Origin: Octopus bimaculoides
Lineage: Eukaryota
Assembly (NCBI RefSeq): GCF_001194135.2
Contig: NC_068982.1
Location: 24,340,314 to 24,387,871, forward strand
DNA: 47,558 nucleotides
Direction: 5' to 3'
Below, piece after piece: positions 25,261-39,259 of this stretch (positions are counted from its first letter, which is position 1; each line of letters begins with the position of its first letter). The notes below the pieces were generated by a model. It did no database searches. It was not told the DNA's origin and saw nothing but the letters and a program-made list of their open reading frames with translations. A program made the translations under genes and the position numbers.

Positions 25261-25362
25261 AAGGAGAGAAAAAATATATATGTGTAGTGGTCAGCGATCG
25301 ATCATGGCGAAATATATATNNNNNNNNNNNNNNNNNNNNNNNNNNNNNNNNNNNNNNNNNNN

Positions 25363-25393
<31 letters not shown>

Positions 25394-25506
25394 ATATGCA
25401 GATAGTATTATGATCATTATTGTCAAATAATTCCTAGTGCCTACAGAAGTAGTATTAATAGCAAGAGTCAGAAGTCTTCTAATAAGAATGCAGAAAACTA
25501 CTTTTT

Positions 25507-26230
25507 CGAGGTCTGATCAATAAGTATTCGCTCTGTTGTCATAGTAACACAGCAGAGTGAGGCTCCTTGGCAGAGATTTGCCTTGAACTCTGCTGTGCAA
25601 GTGCAGTAAGTTTTAACATTCTAGTTCACTTCCACTGTTTACTGCAGTACTTAGCAGGAGGATGTGTAGCGTGCAGTCGTGGCATTGACTATGACACAGA
25701 AAGTTGTCATGGCAATACCTGCTTGCAGGCCTATGGAAAGCTGCAGAAAGTATATGAAGAAGAGTGAATGATCCGCGCACAAGTGCACGGGTGGTTCAGA
25801 CATTTCCAACATGGCTGAAAAATGTCGATATTGATGAAAGTTTTGGGAGACCCGCAACCAGCGAAACTGAGAAAAACATCGCAGATGTACGTGCAGCTGT
25901 GACGGTAAATCGTCGAATAACGATGGCTGAGTTACCAGAGGATTTGCAAATTAATTACGGTTTAGTTCAGTCAATTATAAATGAACATTTGGAGATAAGA
26001 CGGCTATCTGCCATGTTTGAGCCAAAACTGCGAAGTTTGTGCTAAAACCCGAACTGACCAAAAATGCGCTCCGGTTTCGGTTGCACAAGATCTCCTTGAT
26101 TATGTCGAGAACGATAAAAACTTTTTGAAAACTTTTCCTCAGCCTCTGAGGCAAACGTATCGCCAAGCTTTTGTCAAAATATGATGCAGATTCTCTGCTC
26201 AACTTTCTCTGTCATGTTTAATGCGACGAT
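25507..26230 (+). mobile_element. Mariner transposon remnant: left TIR and N-terminal HTH region, catalytic domain deleted
   Basis: CGAGGTCTGATCAATAAGTA TIR-like start. YGKLQKVY..DESFGRPATSETEKNIADVRAAV..RRITMAEL..HLEIRRLSAMFEPKL..AQDLLDYVENDKNFLK. No right TIR found. Confidence 0.8.
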
Positions 26231-26334
26231 CACACGCTACACACCATCCAAATTTTGCTGTAAAATGATTAACAGTAATAGAAGCAGTACTAATATCAAA
26301 AAGAAATATCTATTTCTGTCAGAGTGAAAGTGGT

Positions 26335-29300
26335 GCTCCTCTTCTCACGCGACTAAATGGTATGGGAGCCATTATAAAGTTAGACTGTCAGTCGTTGTAG
26401 GAGCTCAGTAGTAGTAGAGTCGTTGTACGAGTTCTCAGTCAGTGTTAGTTACGTGATGTATATGAGTTGGAGTTATTGTCAAGTTAGTCGTCCCAATGTA
26501 ATTGTCTTGCAGAGCTATCAGTGACAGCACGATAGACGAGTCAAAGGTAATAAGACAGGGAATATCGCCAAAACATAATTGTGGAGACAGAATATTACAG
26601 TGCCGATAATAACATACACGTAGATGTGTATCCACACTATGATAGTGGCGCCGAAGATATAAACAATTCACGATGATAAAGTTGAAAAAATGTTTTTTCA
26701 TTTGGAAAAAACAATTCGCGCGAACGACGTTCAAACATTTTCTCGTGGAGAAATAGAAAACTTGACAGAGGAATAACAAAAACTTTTATTGTTGAAATTT
26801 TACAAAACTCCCTAAGATTATGGAAAACTTATTAGCGGATCTAGCTGAGTTGCAAAAACAGCAACACCAACGTCTCAAAAAACAACAACAAATGTTACAG
26901 CAGCAAATGCTACAACTAATGAAATTGGTAACAAAACTGGACAATACAATTTTGCCAGACCATCCAGCAAATTCAATACATGCATTTAGATAGGACCCTG
27001 AAGAAGGAGTTACCTTCGTGATATATTACCGAAGATTTGAACAAATTTTAGAAAAATAATGCCAAGATTGGATCGACAAAATGAAAACACGTCTAATTCT
27101 GAGGAAACTGGCGACGACAGAGCACAAAAGATACTGTAACTTAATATTGCCTAAAAGAGTTTATGACATAAATATCACGGATACAATTGACATTTTGTGT
27201 AGGATGTTTAGAGAAAAACATCGTTGTTCAACACAAGCTGGAAGTGTTGGAACACAAAGAACAGCAATAACGAAGACTTTACCACATATGCGGGTAGAAT
27301 GAACAGAGAGTGTGAGAGATTTACACTGGATAAACTAACTCCAAATTCGTTCAAGTGCAAGATTTTTGCTTAGGGACTAAAATTGACACAGATGTCAGAA
27401 CGATAATTCTCGCAAAGCTGGAAATAAACCAGGATATAACTTTCTATAAACTATCAGAAAAGTGCGATATGATATTAAAAGCAAGGCGCAACATAGACGA
27501 AATCCAATGCAGAGATTGTTTAGAGATAAAACTAGTGTGGAAGAGTCGAAGACAGATAGAGTTTTTCACAAAAAAAAAACACGATATACAACAGAAAATA
27601 AACCAATATATGGCATTCTGTGGTAGGTACTTGAAAATAGAATGTCCGTTCAAAAAAGCGAAATGTTTTTTTTTTTCGTTATGGAAACACAGAACACATT
27701 AAATCGTGCTGCAGAACTAAGATAACGAATAATTGGACCAAAAAATAAATAGTTTGTTATCAGAGAAAAAAATGCTTGTACAACGAGCAGAAAATTTATA
27801 AATCGAAACCACTAGTGTCAAGACACAATTAGACATGGGTATTGACATCCCTATCATAAATGAAGAAACATGGCGACACATCACTAAGCCGATATGATTT
27901 AAATCAAATAAAATATCATATCATGTTAAAGGAACGAAATTACATTTCATCGGCGAGCGTATTTGGAATGTAACTCATCGCGGTGAAACGAAAAGTACAA
28001 TCAATTATGTGTTGTAAAATTCACTAGACCTATTTGGCAGAGCATGCATGGAGTTATTTAAAATGTGGCATACCCCGATTAGTGTTCTCTGTGAAAATAT
28101 AGTCGGCATGGTAAAAATTTCGAATGATGTCGAACTGAGACAAAAAATTTTAAAATTTGTTTAGCATGGCCGCAGCTCTAAGCTGAAACTATATTTTAAA
28201 AAAATGATTATTTTTTTTTTTTGAAGGATTAGGCTATCGTGGTAAAACAAAATACAACACCTGCTTTTAGGCGAAAACAGAACGTGCTGTTTGCGGTGCT
28301 AGACCGCGTCAATAAAGAGCTGGAAAGACTAGAACGTCTTGATATAATTGAAACACTCGACCTGGGCAGCTCTGACTGTTTATGTAAAGAACAAAAATAA
28401 TAAACTAAAAGTGGGTTAAATTACTGTTTAGTCGAACACATTTATCCATTACCAAGCCCAGAAAAACATGTTCTCAAAACTAAATAGAGGAAAAATTTTC
28501 TCGCATTTAGCACTCTTGGAGGCCTATCTACAGATACAGATAGACTGGGCACACGTTGTAACAATCAACACACATTGTGGATTGTAGAAATTCAAGGGCT
28601 CCTTTTGCAGTAACAGTGGTGCTTGCCATATTCCAACAAGTGATGGACGCAATGTTAAATGATTGCGGCTTCACTATTGCTTATCACGATGATATCTTGA
28701 TATAGAGCGTATCAGTGGAGCAACACATCGAACATATTAAAAAAGTATTCGGGAAATTAAATGAATGTGGGTCTAGACTAATAGAGGAAAAGTGTGAATT
28801 TTTGTTGATGAAAGGGGACGAAAGCTAGGCCAATGCAGGGCGACGGCAATTCGGAATATGCCTACCCCCAAGGAACGTCAAATTGTTACAAGCATTTTTA
28901 GATTTGGTAAATTACTATCATGTATATATGCCGAAAATACACAACACAAAGGCTCCAGTAAACGTGCTGGTAAAAACCGATGCCAAATGGTTTTGGTGAG
29001 GAAAATGCAAGAAGGCATTTGAGGAAATAAAAAGCATGTTAACTTCAGACTTACATACTTCAATTCGAAATGAGAAACGATACTAGCAACAGATGCTAGT
29101 GAGTACGGGATAGGTGCCGTACTCCTACATAAATGTGAATATGACATCCAAAAGTTCATAGCTCACGCCTCAAGGATGCAATTGCCAGCAGAAAACAATT
29201 ATAGCCAAATTGAAAAAGAGGCATTGTCGATTATATTTGGCATAAAAACGTTCCACCGGTTTATACATGGTAAACGGTTTAGACTACAAACAAATCATCG

Positions 29301-29394
29301 CCAGTTGCTAACGATTTATGGATCCAAGAAAGGAATCCTGGTACATACAGCGAACAGGTTGCAGCGATGGGCCACCAGACTAGTTGCCTGTTGA
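26335..29394 (+). mobile_element. Ty3/Gypsy LTR retrotransposon 1, decayed, truncated after RNase H (no integrase or 3' LTR)
   Basis: PBS-like TGGCGCCGAA (26646-26655). Gag with Q-rich N-terminus and LILRKL..EHKRYCNLILPK. Protease QLDMG (~27826). RT AYHDDILI (~28680). RNase H ATDASEYGIGAVL..NYSQIEKEALSIIFG..RLQRWA. Confidence 0.9.
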
Positions 29395-29409
29395 ACTCCA
29401 TACTTTAAG

Positions 29410-30250
29410 TTCTCAGCCATGTCCTCACGATGTTTCATCTAAAGTTGTAAGCAACTGTCAAGTTGACACATGTTTAGTATAATTGCAAAAAGGTTACGCT
29501 GTTATCTTACAGAATCTGACACAGCTCGTTCAGTCAATGCAAGGTCCCGATACTCATAATTTTCTAAAACAATGTGTTGGTAGCATGCTTCCCTATACGC
29601 TTATTCGAGTAAGCATTTACCTTACTCGAATCTTGTAATGATTTCGGTCCGCGTACTTCATGCAACAGGAGCTATAATTAGTAGCATTCTGCTTGGCTAG
29701 GGTGTACACTGTAAACTCTTGTAAGTGAGTCAGCCTCACGTTTCTTCTGATCCATTTATTGTTTCTCCTGGTGTAATATTTGGGTAATTGTGGATAAAGG
29801 AGTTTTCTTGTATCTTCATTTATTTGCCATGACTTAAAAAAGCAGTAAGGGTACTTTCTTTTGGAGAAGAGTAGTTTCTTTTCTTGCAAGGCTGTTTGAT
29901 TTTTAAAGATAACCTTTTGGTCATTCTCTAGATGAACACTCAGATGAATGTTGGTTAGGTGTCTCTCATGAATGGGAAAATTGAAGACACGCCAAAAAGC
30001 CTCATTGGTACTAATGTATTTCCTTCTATCATGATGTGCAACATCGTTATTTTCATTTATTTTCTGACGGCCGTTCTGCATGAAAGTTTATGTTTCAGCA
30101 TCTAAAGCTTTGTTTATATATTTGCAAACATGCTTAATAGAGTTAGCAGTGTTGCAGAATTCAACATTGACTCTGACTACCTGTATTCGTCTTCACTTCA
30201 CTACAGCTACTCCGTTTTCTCTTGAATAGAGTGTGAACATTGTACTAGGA
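29410..30250 (-). mobile_element. Helitron Rep-domain fragment
   Basis: NVEFCNTANSIKHVCKYINK..KYISTNEAFWRVFNFPIHERH..HLSVHLENDQKVIF..LLLHEVRGP..NLFAIIL, with frameshifts. Confidence 0.85.
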
Positions 30251-30539
30251 GACTTGTTTGAAATTTAAAATGCGGATTAAATGAATGAATGAAGTACGTG
30301 AATATCTTTACAAGATTGATTGAAACAAATAGCGAGGTGGAACCCCGCACACACGCATGTATACACACACCTACACACGCATACATAAAGTTTCAAGCAT
30401 CAGATGAAATGGGCGTATGAGAGGGAGAGAAAGACACCTCATAGAGATAGATAGAAAGAGACAGAGCAAATAAAAGGATGTATTGTCATGCATACCTACA
30501 TACATAGATAAACAAGCAAACACCTTTTTTATATGTATG

Positions 30540-30625
30540 TGTGCGTGTGTATACGTGTGACAGAGTGTGTGTGAGTGCCACTTAGACGTCACTAACTCTC
30601 TCTCTCTCTCACACATACTCATATA

Positions 30626-30662
<37 letters not shown>

Positions 30663-30685
30663 NNNNNNNNNNNNNNNNNNNNNNN

Positions 30686-30740
<55 letters not shown>
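30540..30740. repeat. (TG)n/(CT)n/(TA)n compound microsatellite with gap
   Basis: Direct reading. Confidence 0.85.
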
Positions 30741-31872
30741 TTGTGTAGATGGAGTATTCATGTATTCTAGTTTGTGTCTTAGCCGTTCACTTCTGTTTGT
30801 TCGCCGTGCGTTAGTTTATGTTTATTTACTGGGTAGATTTTTTATCTGGCATTTTAATTGCCTGTTTATGATTTTTTTTTCGAGATGTTGTGTTTCTATA
30901 TAATGGAGTCGTTAACTTTTTTAAAGATTTTTTGATGAGCCACTACACTTTACACCAATGCGGTGAGTGAAGTGTTAAATATGTTTTACTTCTCAAAAGG
31001 TTTGTTTGTGAAGAATGTATTTGAAAAACATTAAGTCGTTATCCATTAGCTATATACTTCACGAATAGTTGTTTTCATGGGTAAGGAATTTTGGAGAAAT
31101 ATTTTAGAGATTTAAAATATCTGTTCTTTCAGGAAAGTAGTTACACTTGTTCTGTGTGAGCGCATTTATGAATGTGTATGTTTGTAAATGTGTGGGGTCT
31201 GAGTTGTATTTCTATAGAAATATTTTTTTTACATTTTTTTCAATGAGCTCTGTCGGTGCAAAGCAGATGTATGTTATCTGTAGTTGGTAAGCTATAGTGT
31301 ACACCTGGATTGAATGCTTATTTTCCAGTATTCATAGAACGTACATAAAACTTTGTGTGTATACCTGCGTGCATGCGTGGGGGATTAATTTTGTTTATGA
31401 TCACTAACGAGTAGTTTAAGCTGTGAAGTTGGTATATATTGATAACTGATTTTAGATGTATGCTTTTCTTATGGTAGACATATTTTATATGTTCTGATTT
31501 TGTTATAATGAATAAATTTCTATTAATTTGTCCGTGATATGTACGTTCTTTAATTGTCCATGTAGAAGAAACATGTTTCGGTTCAGATGGAAACGTTTCT
31601 TGTTTTTTTGGAAAACTTTCGAAGTATCTGTGTTATGGATAATGTATCGAAGATTATATGTTTTATTTGGGGGCGTGTGCAATAATTGTAGCATATGAAT
31701 GTTTGCATAAGTCTATCTATATTTCCGACGAAGAGCTAAGTTACGGCAACGTAAACACACCAACACCCGTTGCCAAGCAACTGTGCGGGTCATACACATG
31801 CACATTCCCAAATATACGTACACATGCACAGACTCAGACGCAGACAGAGACATACACACACAAATAAAGCAC

Positions 31873-31923
<51 letters not shown>

Positions 31924-32101
31924 AAACAGAGTTTCTTTCAGTCTTCGTCTAGCATATCCACTCACAACGCTGTTCTCAGCTCTAATTTACATTAGAAACA
32001 TCTTGACAAAGGTGCTACGCTGTGGGATAGAGCACGGAAGCATGTGAATGAGAAGTGTTACGGGGATAATAACAATAAAACACGAGTGTTATGTATTAGT
32101 C

Positions 32102-32235
32102 ATTATAAATACCGACAGTCAGTGTCAGTAGAGAGTACGAAGTAGACGGTCATATATTAGTCATGTACTTACCTTTCTAACTAACTATAATGATATACCG
32201 GAGTGGGTGTGATAACCGTCCGACAGAGGATTACA
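32102..32235 (+). repeat. Alignable part of the 5' LTR of Gypsy 2
   Basis: Gap-free manual alignment to 36853-36986: 107/134 identical. Confidence 0.85.
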
Positions 32236-34851
32236 GAGAGTGCTGATATGAAATAAACAAACTTCGAAGGGGTTACGAAATTCATAATGTTTTTGTGCTA
32301 ATTTTAAGGTATATAAAATCGTAAAATCATGGAAAAGTTGTTAGCCGGGTTCCTCGAGTTGCAAAAATAGCAATAATAGAAACTGATGGAACAAAACAGT
32401 AGCATCTACAACTCCAAGAACAACAGCAGAAGCAACAACATCCACAATTATTATTTAAGCAACAAGTGCTGCAGTTAATGAATACTAAGTCGTGAGAAAA
32501 TGCTAAAAGTATGTCCTCGCTGGATTATGTTGCAAACTCAGTAATAGAATTTACGTATGAACCAGACAAAGGAATTATCTTCATGGCGAGGTATAGAAGT
32601 TACGAACAAAACTCTAATAAGGAGTGCTAAGATTGGGATGTCTTTATGGAAACATCTTTAATCTTAAGAATACTGGCAGTAGGAGAACATAAGCGTTACA
32701 GCATTTCCATACTTCGCAAAAAACATTCGGACATAAAATTGAAAGATAAAATAGACATATTTTGTAAAGATTTTAGCGAGAAGATATATGTTGGAAATAT
32801 TTGAACCTAGAAAAGAACAACCAGGAAGATTACATCACCTATGCTGGTAGAGTTAGCAGAGAATATGAGAAGTTCAAACTGGACGAATGAATGACAGATA
32901 CGTTCAAGTGCCTGATATTTACTCAAGAATTAACTGCAGAAAATGACGCAGAAGTAAGAAGAATACTCGATAAACTGGAACAAATTCAGGCTGTAGCCTT
33001 GAAACAAACATCAGAAGAGTGTGAAAGAATAGTAAATTATGACACGACACAGAGAAAATTCAACATAAAGATTGCTCCAAAATGAAACAAGAGCGAAATA
33101 GGCAGAATAGATATTAAGTGTTTGCTAAAATACAGTACAAACAAATCAAAGGTCAGGAGACAAACCCATGTTTTGCATGTGGAGGTCTGCACCAAAGAAA
33201 AAACTAACCATTTAAGAAAGTGGACTGTTTCCGTTGTGAGAAAATTGGGCACGTAAAAGCCCACTGTAAGACCATGATGACAAAATGTTGGAATGAAAGA
33301 AAAAGAATAAACAAGATGTCGTCGAAAGAAATTTGTAATATAAGAAATAGGAAATTTGTAAATGTGAAAATAGAAACTATAAGAGTAAAAATGCAGTTAG
33401 ACACGTGCATTGATATTACCATTGCCAATGAAGAAACTTGGAAGAATGCCGGTAAAATAAAATTAAGTAAAACTACAAAAAACACACGTTTTTTACGGGT
33501 AAAAGATGGTAATTTGTTGGCAAACTTGGGTGTCATATGACATTCCATGACCAGAAGTATATGCTTTAAAAATTCCGTTAATCTATTAGGCACAGAGTAT
33601 ATGAAACTGTCCAAATTGTGGAATACACATATAAGCTTTTTTCTATTGGAATATAGTAGGTTTAGTCCAATTTCGAATGCGATTGAGAGATTGAGAGATT
33701 GAGAGGAAAAATAAAACATTTATTCCTAGGTATTTTCTCGGATGAACGAAGGTAAATATAATAGTAAAACAAAACGTCTAACACCTGTGTTTAAGCCAAA
33801 ACGGAATGCATCGTTCGCAGCAATAGAACAGGTATATAAGGAACTCGAAAGATTTGAAAGCCTAGGAACAATCGAGAAAATGGACCACTGAGACAGGTCA
33901 GCACCTACAATCAACGTAAAAAAGAAAAATAATATGTTACGAGTTTGTACAGATTTTTCAACAATGTTGAATGATTGCTTAATCTCATAACTATCCAATG
34001 CCGCATCCTGAGGATGTGTTTGAAAAAAATGAAAGGCGGGAAAGGCTTCTCAAAACTAGACGTCTCGGAGGTATATCTATAAATGCAAGTAGACGGAGAA
34101 TGCTCACATTTATCAACATTAATACATACTGTGGATTATTTAAATTTAAGCGTCTTCCCTACGGTGTAAAACTACCTCATTCCATAATTCAGTAAATAAT
34201 GGATACAACGCTGGGTGGCTGTGATTTTGCTATCGCCTATTTAGACGATATTCTAATAAGATGCGAATCACATGAACAACATGTAGAACACGCTAAAATG
34301 GTATTCGAAAGGATTAGAGAATACAGCTGCAACTTAACAGAAGTTAAGTTCTTTATGTTAAGAATTGAATACTTCGGTCAGATAATAGATAAAAACAAAG
34401 GGAAACTAACCATCCTGAACAACTGCGATAAAAAAAAAAATATGCCCACTGTGAATAATGTGACTATGCTACACGCATTTGTGGGTTAAGTAAAATATTA
34501 TCAAATTTACATTCCCAATATACATAATGGAAGGGACCCACTCAATGATGTTACAGAAAAATGCAAAAAGGGGCTGGATTGATAAGTGCCAAAAGGCATT
34601 TGACAAATTGAAAAGCATTTTAAAATCGGACTTATAGTTAAAGTATGTTGATCCAAAGCTGGATGTTATAGTGGCTATGGATGATAGTGATTACAGTGTA
34701 GGAGCCGCACGTCTGCACAAATATGACGATGGGATTAATAAGGTTAGAACCAATGTCTCACGATCGTTATTAACAGCTGAAAGAAACTATAACCGATAGA
34801 ATAAGAAGCGTTAGCAAACATATTCGGTGTGAAAAAAAATGCCATAGGTTT

Positions 34852-35236
34852 GTTGTTGTTGGCACTCTGTCGCTTACGACGTCGAGGGTTTCAGTTGATC
34901 CAATCAACGGAACAGCCTGCTCGTGAAATTAATGTGCAAGTGGTTGAGCACTCCACAGACACGTGTACCCTTAACGTAGTTCTCGGGGATATTCAGCGTG
35001 ACACAGTGTGACAAGGCTGACCCTTTGAATTACAGATACAACAGAAACAAGAGTAAGAGTGAGAGAAAGTTTTGGTGGAAGAGTACAGCGGGGTTCGCCA
35101 CCATCCCCTGTCGGAACCTCGTAGAGCTTTAGGTGTTTTCGCTCAACAAACACTCACGACACCTGGTCTGGGAATCGAAATCGCGATCCTATGACCGCAA
35201 GTCCGCTGCCCTAACCACTGGGCCATTCTCGCCTCC
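34852..35236 (-). mobile_element. Full-length tRNA-derived SINE (family C), 385 bp, inserted in the Gypsy 2 RNase H region
   Basis: Perfect 11-bp TSD GCCATAGGTTT (34841-34851, 35237-35247). A-box TGGCCCAGTGG, B-box-like ATTTCGATTCC, (AAC)n tail. Confidence 0.9.
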
Positions 35237-36756
35237 GCCATAGGTTTACTAATGAATTAAATTTTTGTCTACAAACGATTCATCGCCCAGTATTGTAAAT
35301 ATACGGTTCTAAAAATGAATACCAAAATATACAGTGAATAGATTACAGCGATGGTGCACTACATTATTTAATTATGATTACAAAATAGAATATTTACTAG
35401 GTCATGCAGATGATTTGTTCAGACTGATACCGAAACACTGAGAGCCATTGGAGTATACGGTAATCACAGCAGTAAGAGGAGAATGAGAAATAAATTATGT
35501 AATGTGGAATGTGGTACGCGAATTACCTACCGCTGACTCTGGAAGATATACAATGAAATGCGGTAAAGGACAAATTCATAACAAATGAAAAGAATACTGT
35601 GATCAGGAAAAGTAAATAGGAACATGATTTGTTTGGAACGAAACTAAGAGGTGAGCCTATATTCAATTTGTGATGACATACTGATATATGCACAGTGAGT
35701 AGTAATACCTGAAGCATTGCAAAAGAAAATGTTGAGAGAATTTCATGTTAGAAATCCTGGTATTTCGCGATTGAAAACTTTAATGTGTAGAGAAATCGAA
35801 AATTTAGTGTAGAAGAGGCGCTCTGGGGGCAAAATTGCCGGCGACAAAAGTAAACCTTGACCAAAACTAGATGCTTCGTGGCCGAGATTACACATCGACT
35901 TTGCCGACCCCGTCATATTACTTAGTGGTAATGGATAGTTTTTCAAAATGGCCAGAAATGTGAAAGTGTGAAAGCCAATCTCTTCAACTGCGACAAGTTT
36001 TTACATAAGATGTTAACGAAATTTGGCATCCCAGACGCGATAGTGTCTGACAATGGAACGCAATTTGTATCTTTTTAGTTTTAAATGTTTAGTAAAACGT
36101 TCACTGTAGAAATATATACGTGCCATACTATCCCAGATCTAACGGACAAGTAGAATGTTTTATCGAAACGTTCAAGAGAGTTCTAAGAAAGTCGAAGAAG
36201 GAAGTCATGGATGAGGTAGCCCTACAATAATTCTGAAGAATATTATCCGTGTGACACCAAATTCAAATACACCAGCAGGCATGTCACCAGTGGAGCTGAT
36301 GTTTGCGAGGAAAATAAAATCAGTCTTCGCCAAATTGCTTCCTGGCAAGAAAAGAAATGTTGCAAAAGATAATATAAGATGTTTCAAATTGGTAAAAAGG
36401 TATCGGTTAGGGCATATAAGAACGGAAAACAAAGTGTGGGAGATGGCGAGATTACCAAACGCGTATGAAAAATGCTATACTTGTTAAAAGGAAGTAAAGG
36501 GGAATACAAGAGATACATGAACCAGCCCCCCCCCCAAAAAAAAAAACAGATTCGTTGAGAGCGAAGCCAAGGGAATGGAAGGACCACAAGAATGGTTATG
36601 TGATACTTTCCAAGTTCCAACGCCACTACAAATAACTGAAACCAGATGCACAAGCGTAAGAAAAACAAAATGTACAGAGTTTCTGGAAGTAGATGCCAAA
36701 CGACAAACTATTAAATGTGTAACTGTATGAACAAACAAATAAGTAAAAACGGGAGG

Positions 36757-36989
36757 TGGATTTATATAAGAATTATTGCTTTTAAAAGAAATAAAATTAA
36801 ACTTCCCAAGTGAAAAAGAGAACTGAAAACGTGACGTGTGGTATGTGAAGTTATTATAAATACTGTCAGTCAGTGTCAGTAGAGAATACGAATTAGACGA
36901 TTATAGAAAAGTCGTGCCCTTACTTGTCTTACTAAATATACTACTATACTGGAGTGGGCGTGATAACAGGCCAGTAGAGGATTCCAACA
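36757..36989 (+). repeat. 3' LTR of Gypsy 2
   Basis: Starts with TG after the PPT and ends in CA. Its 3' 134 nt match the 5' LTR. Confidence 0.8.
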
Positions 36990-39259
36990 GGAAGCAAACG
37001 TCTTAACAAACATCATGCTTGCTCCTCAGAAACTAGTCAGCGCATATAAAATGTGGCGCACTCTATTTCAAATTGATACCTGGCACTGATTATGATTCCT
37101 TTCAGTGCAGCTCCAAATTGGTCAAGTAATATCTATTAATACTGACCTCTTTCAATATTTGATAATCTCAACTGAATTGTGTTTAAAATGCCACGGTGAA
37201 AACGTCTATATTAGCGAAACTCTCCCATAAAACTCTGCTGTGGTTTTGAACCCGATCCATGCAACTGTACAAGAAACATCTTATAATAGAAACACACATA
37301 CGTATGTATATACTTATACTCACAATCATACGCCCATACACACATACACACAGACATATAAACAGACACACACATATACATTCGTACGTACATACATACA
37401 ATGTAACTGTTAAATTATTATTTATTATCAATATAATTTCCACCCATTTCTTGTAAAACAACCAAAATTAGATAATTTCATTTTCGAAGTAATTTGTAAA
37501 TGCTTCTGGCACTGATAATATTATTGTTACTTTTGTTTTCAATTAAATACATTTCACATGTAAATATTGTTGGTAAAATTAAAATATACAAACAAAATGT
37601 GTAAAAAGTGGCTAATTATATAACTTTTGTTGCAATCAATTTCTGATAAATAAAAAAAAAACACCTTCAATTCCGTATCCACCCTAAAATACGTGCTACA
37701 TTTCATTTAATATTCTAAAATATAACAGTGAAAATATTATTTGAAAACTTTATAGAATATTAAAGGAAAAACAAATTAAAATGATATGCTGAAAACTACA
37801 TACAGGTTATTACCTTTAAAAATATAAATATATGCATATTTTATGAGATCCATGATTAAATTCAGGAAATGATAACATTTCAGCAAATTCTATATTACTT
37901 TCTATTCCACATATCTGGTAAAATGGAACATCGATTCCTATTGATATCCGTACGCTAATGACATAGTCGGTAACTTAGTCTAGGTCACTGTTTTGCTCAT
38001 GTTTAAGGTAAAACTATAGTGTGCCAGTATGATAGCTATCGTGAGCCAATAGGATGATTTTAATCTGGAGGCTACCGAACAGTCACTCTATACATGGTTA
38101 TTGCACCTTCATCTAAACATATTCATTCAATGTCTCCGTACGTTTTGCTTTGAGAGTAGGTTGTAATATGTGTTATTAAGTGCACATTATTTTAAGTCTA
38201 GGAAATACATAGACTTTCACTGGTTAGATTCTGATGTAGTAGTGTTTTAGTATGGTGTTTTGATGGTAATATCACGAAGTCTGCAAAGTTTTTACGTTGT
38301 TGTACATTCCGTCGTATATTTGCGGGTCATGCTGATAGAAACAACATGTTTTACATCATGGACAAGGTATTTGATATTGGGTTCTAGTCCATGTAGGTAT
38401 TAAAACATTGCAGTGTTCAATGTTATGTGGCGTTCTACAGGATATCGGGCCAAAATATTGCAATTTATCAGTCAACCTTGATAGATAAACATAAACAGGT
38501 GTACTATATATAGATAAAATATATGAAAGTGAGAATATTGTTCATAGGATTGATATAGAACGACATGAAAGTATCGTTGAGAAGATAACTTTAAAAAGAT
38601 CATAAGTTTTTAGATTAGAGCTGATTTAAAAATATTGAATACGCTGAATATATTTGCTTTGCCATATTGCCCTATTTTGTAATTGATCAATTTACTTTGT
38701 TTCCAATTTCACTACATTACTCGGGTGAAATGAATAAGAACTGAATACCGGTGCAGCCCTTTCACTCACGAATTACACCCAAGAGATTCTGACTACAACA
38801 GTGAATTCATCACATTTAAAATTATCTCTATGGATTTTCAAACGGATTTAAAGCTAGCACAACGAGTTATGATGTTTTCCTATATGAACACGTTCATCTA
38901 AACAATAAGATAAAATATAGAAAATAAAGGTAATCGTTGTATATGCATATTTCAGGCAACATTGTTCTTTTATCAGTACTATATCTTTCATCAGTACTCA
39001 AATATCTCAGAACTCATTATTTAAATATCCACCAAGTTTAGGCCTATAACACAAATAGATAGGCTAATTTACATAATAATCACTTTTCTGGTAACTTGTG
39101 CAATACACATTAACTATTAGGAAGGGCACAGCATTTCGTCTTATAAAACGTGAAATATACAATAACTAAAAATGATTTAAAAAATGAAGGAAGGTAGTAT
39201 TACGGTGGACTTATAAAACGTCTCTAAGTAGAAAGTTAATATTATATCAAACCACGTGT

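Larger units (their letters stand above)
32010..36989 (+). mobile_element. Ty3/Gypsy LTR retrotransposon 2, full domain set, heavily decayed
   Basis: Gag with knuckles CFACGGLH and CFRCEKIGHVKAHC. Protease QLDTC. RT AYLDDILI. RNase H. Integrase HIDFA..VVDSFSKWPE..IVSDNGTQF..SNGQVE..FKR. PPT AAAAACGGGAGG (36745-36756) followed by TG. The 5' boundary is uncertain. Confidence 0.92.

Noticed and set aside
38300-38400. Minus-strand LHGLEPNIKYLV resembling a fibronectin type III strand
   Set aside because: There is an in-frame stop immediately upstream, no splice acceptor, and no other FN3 residues.
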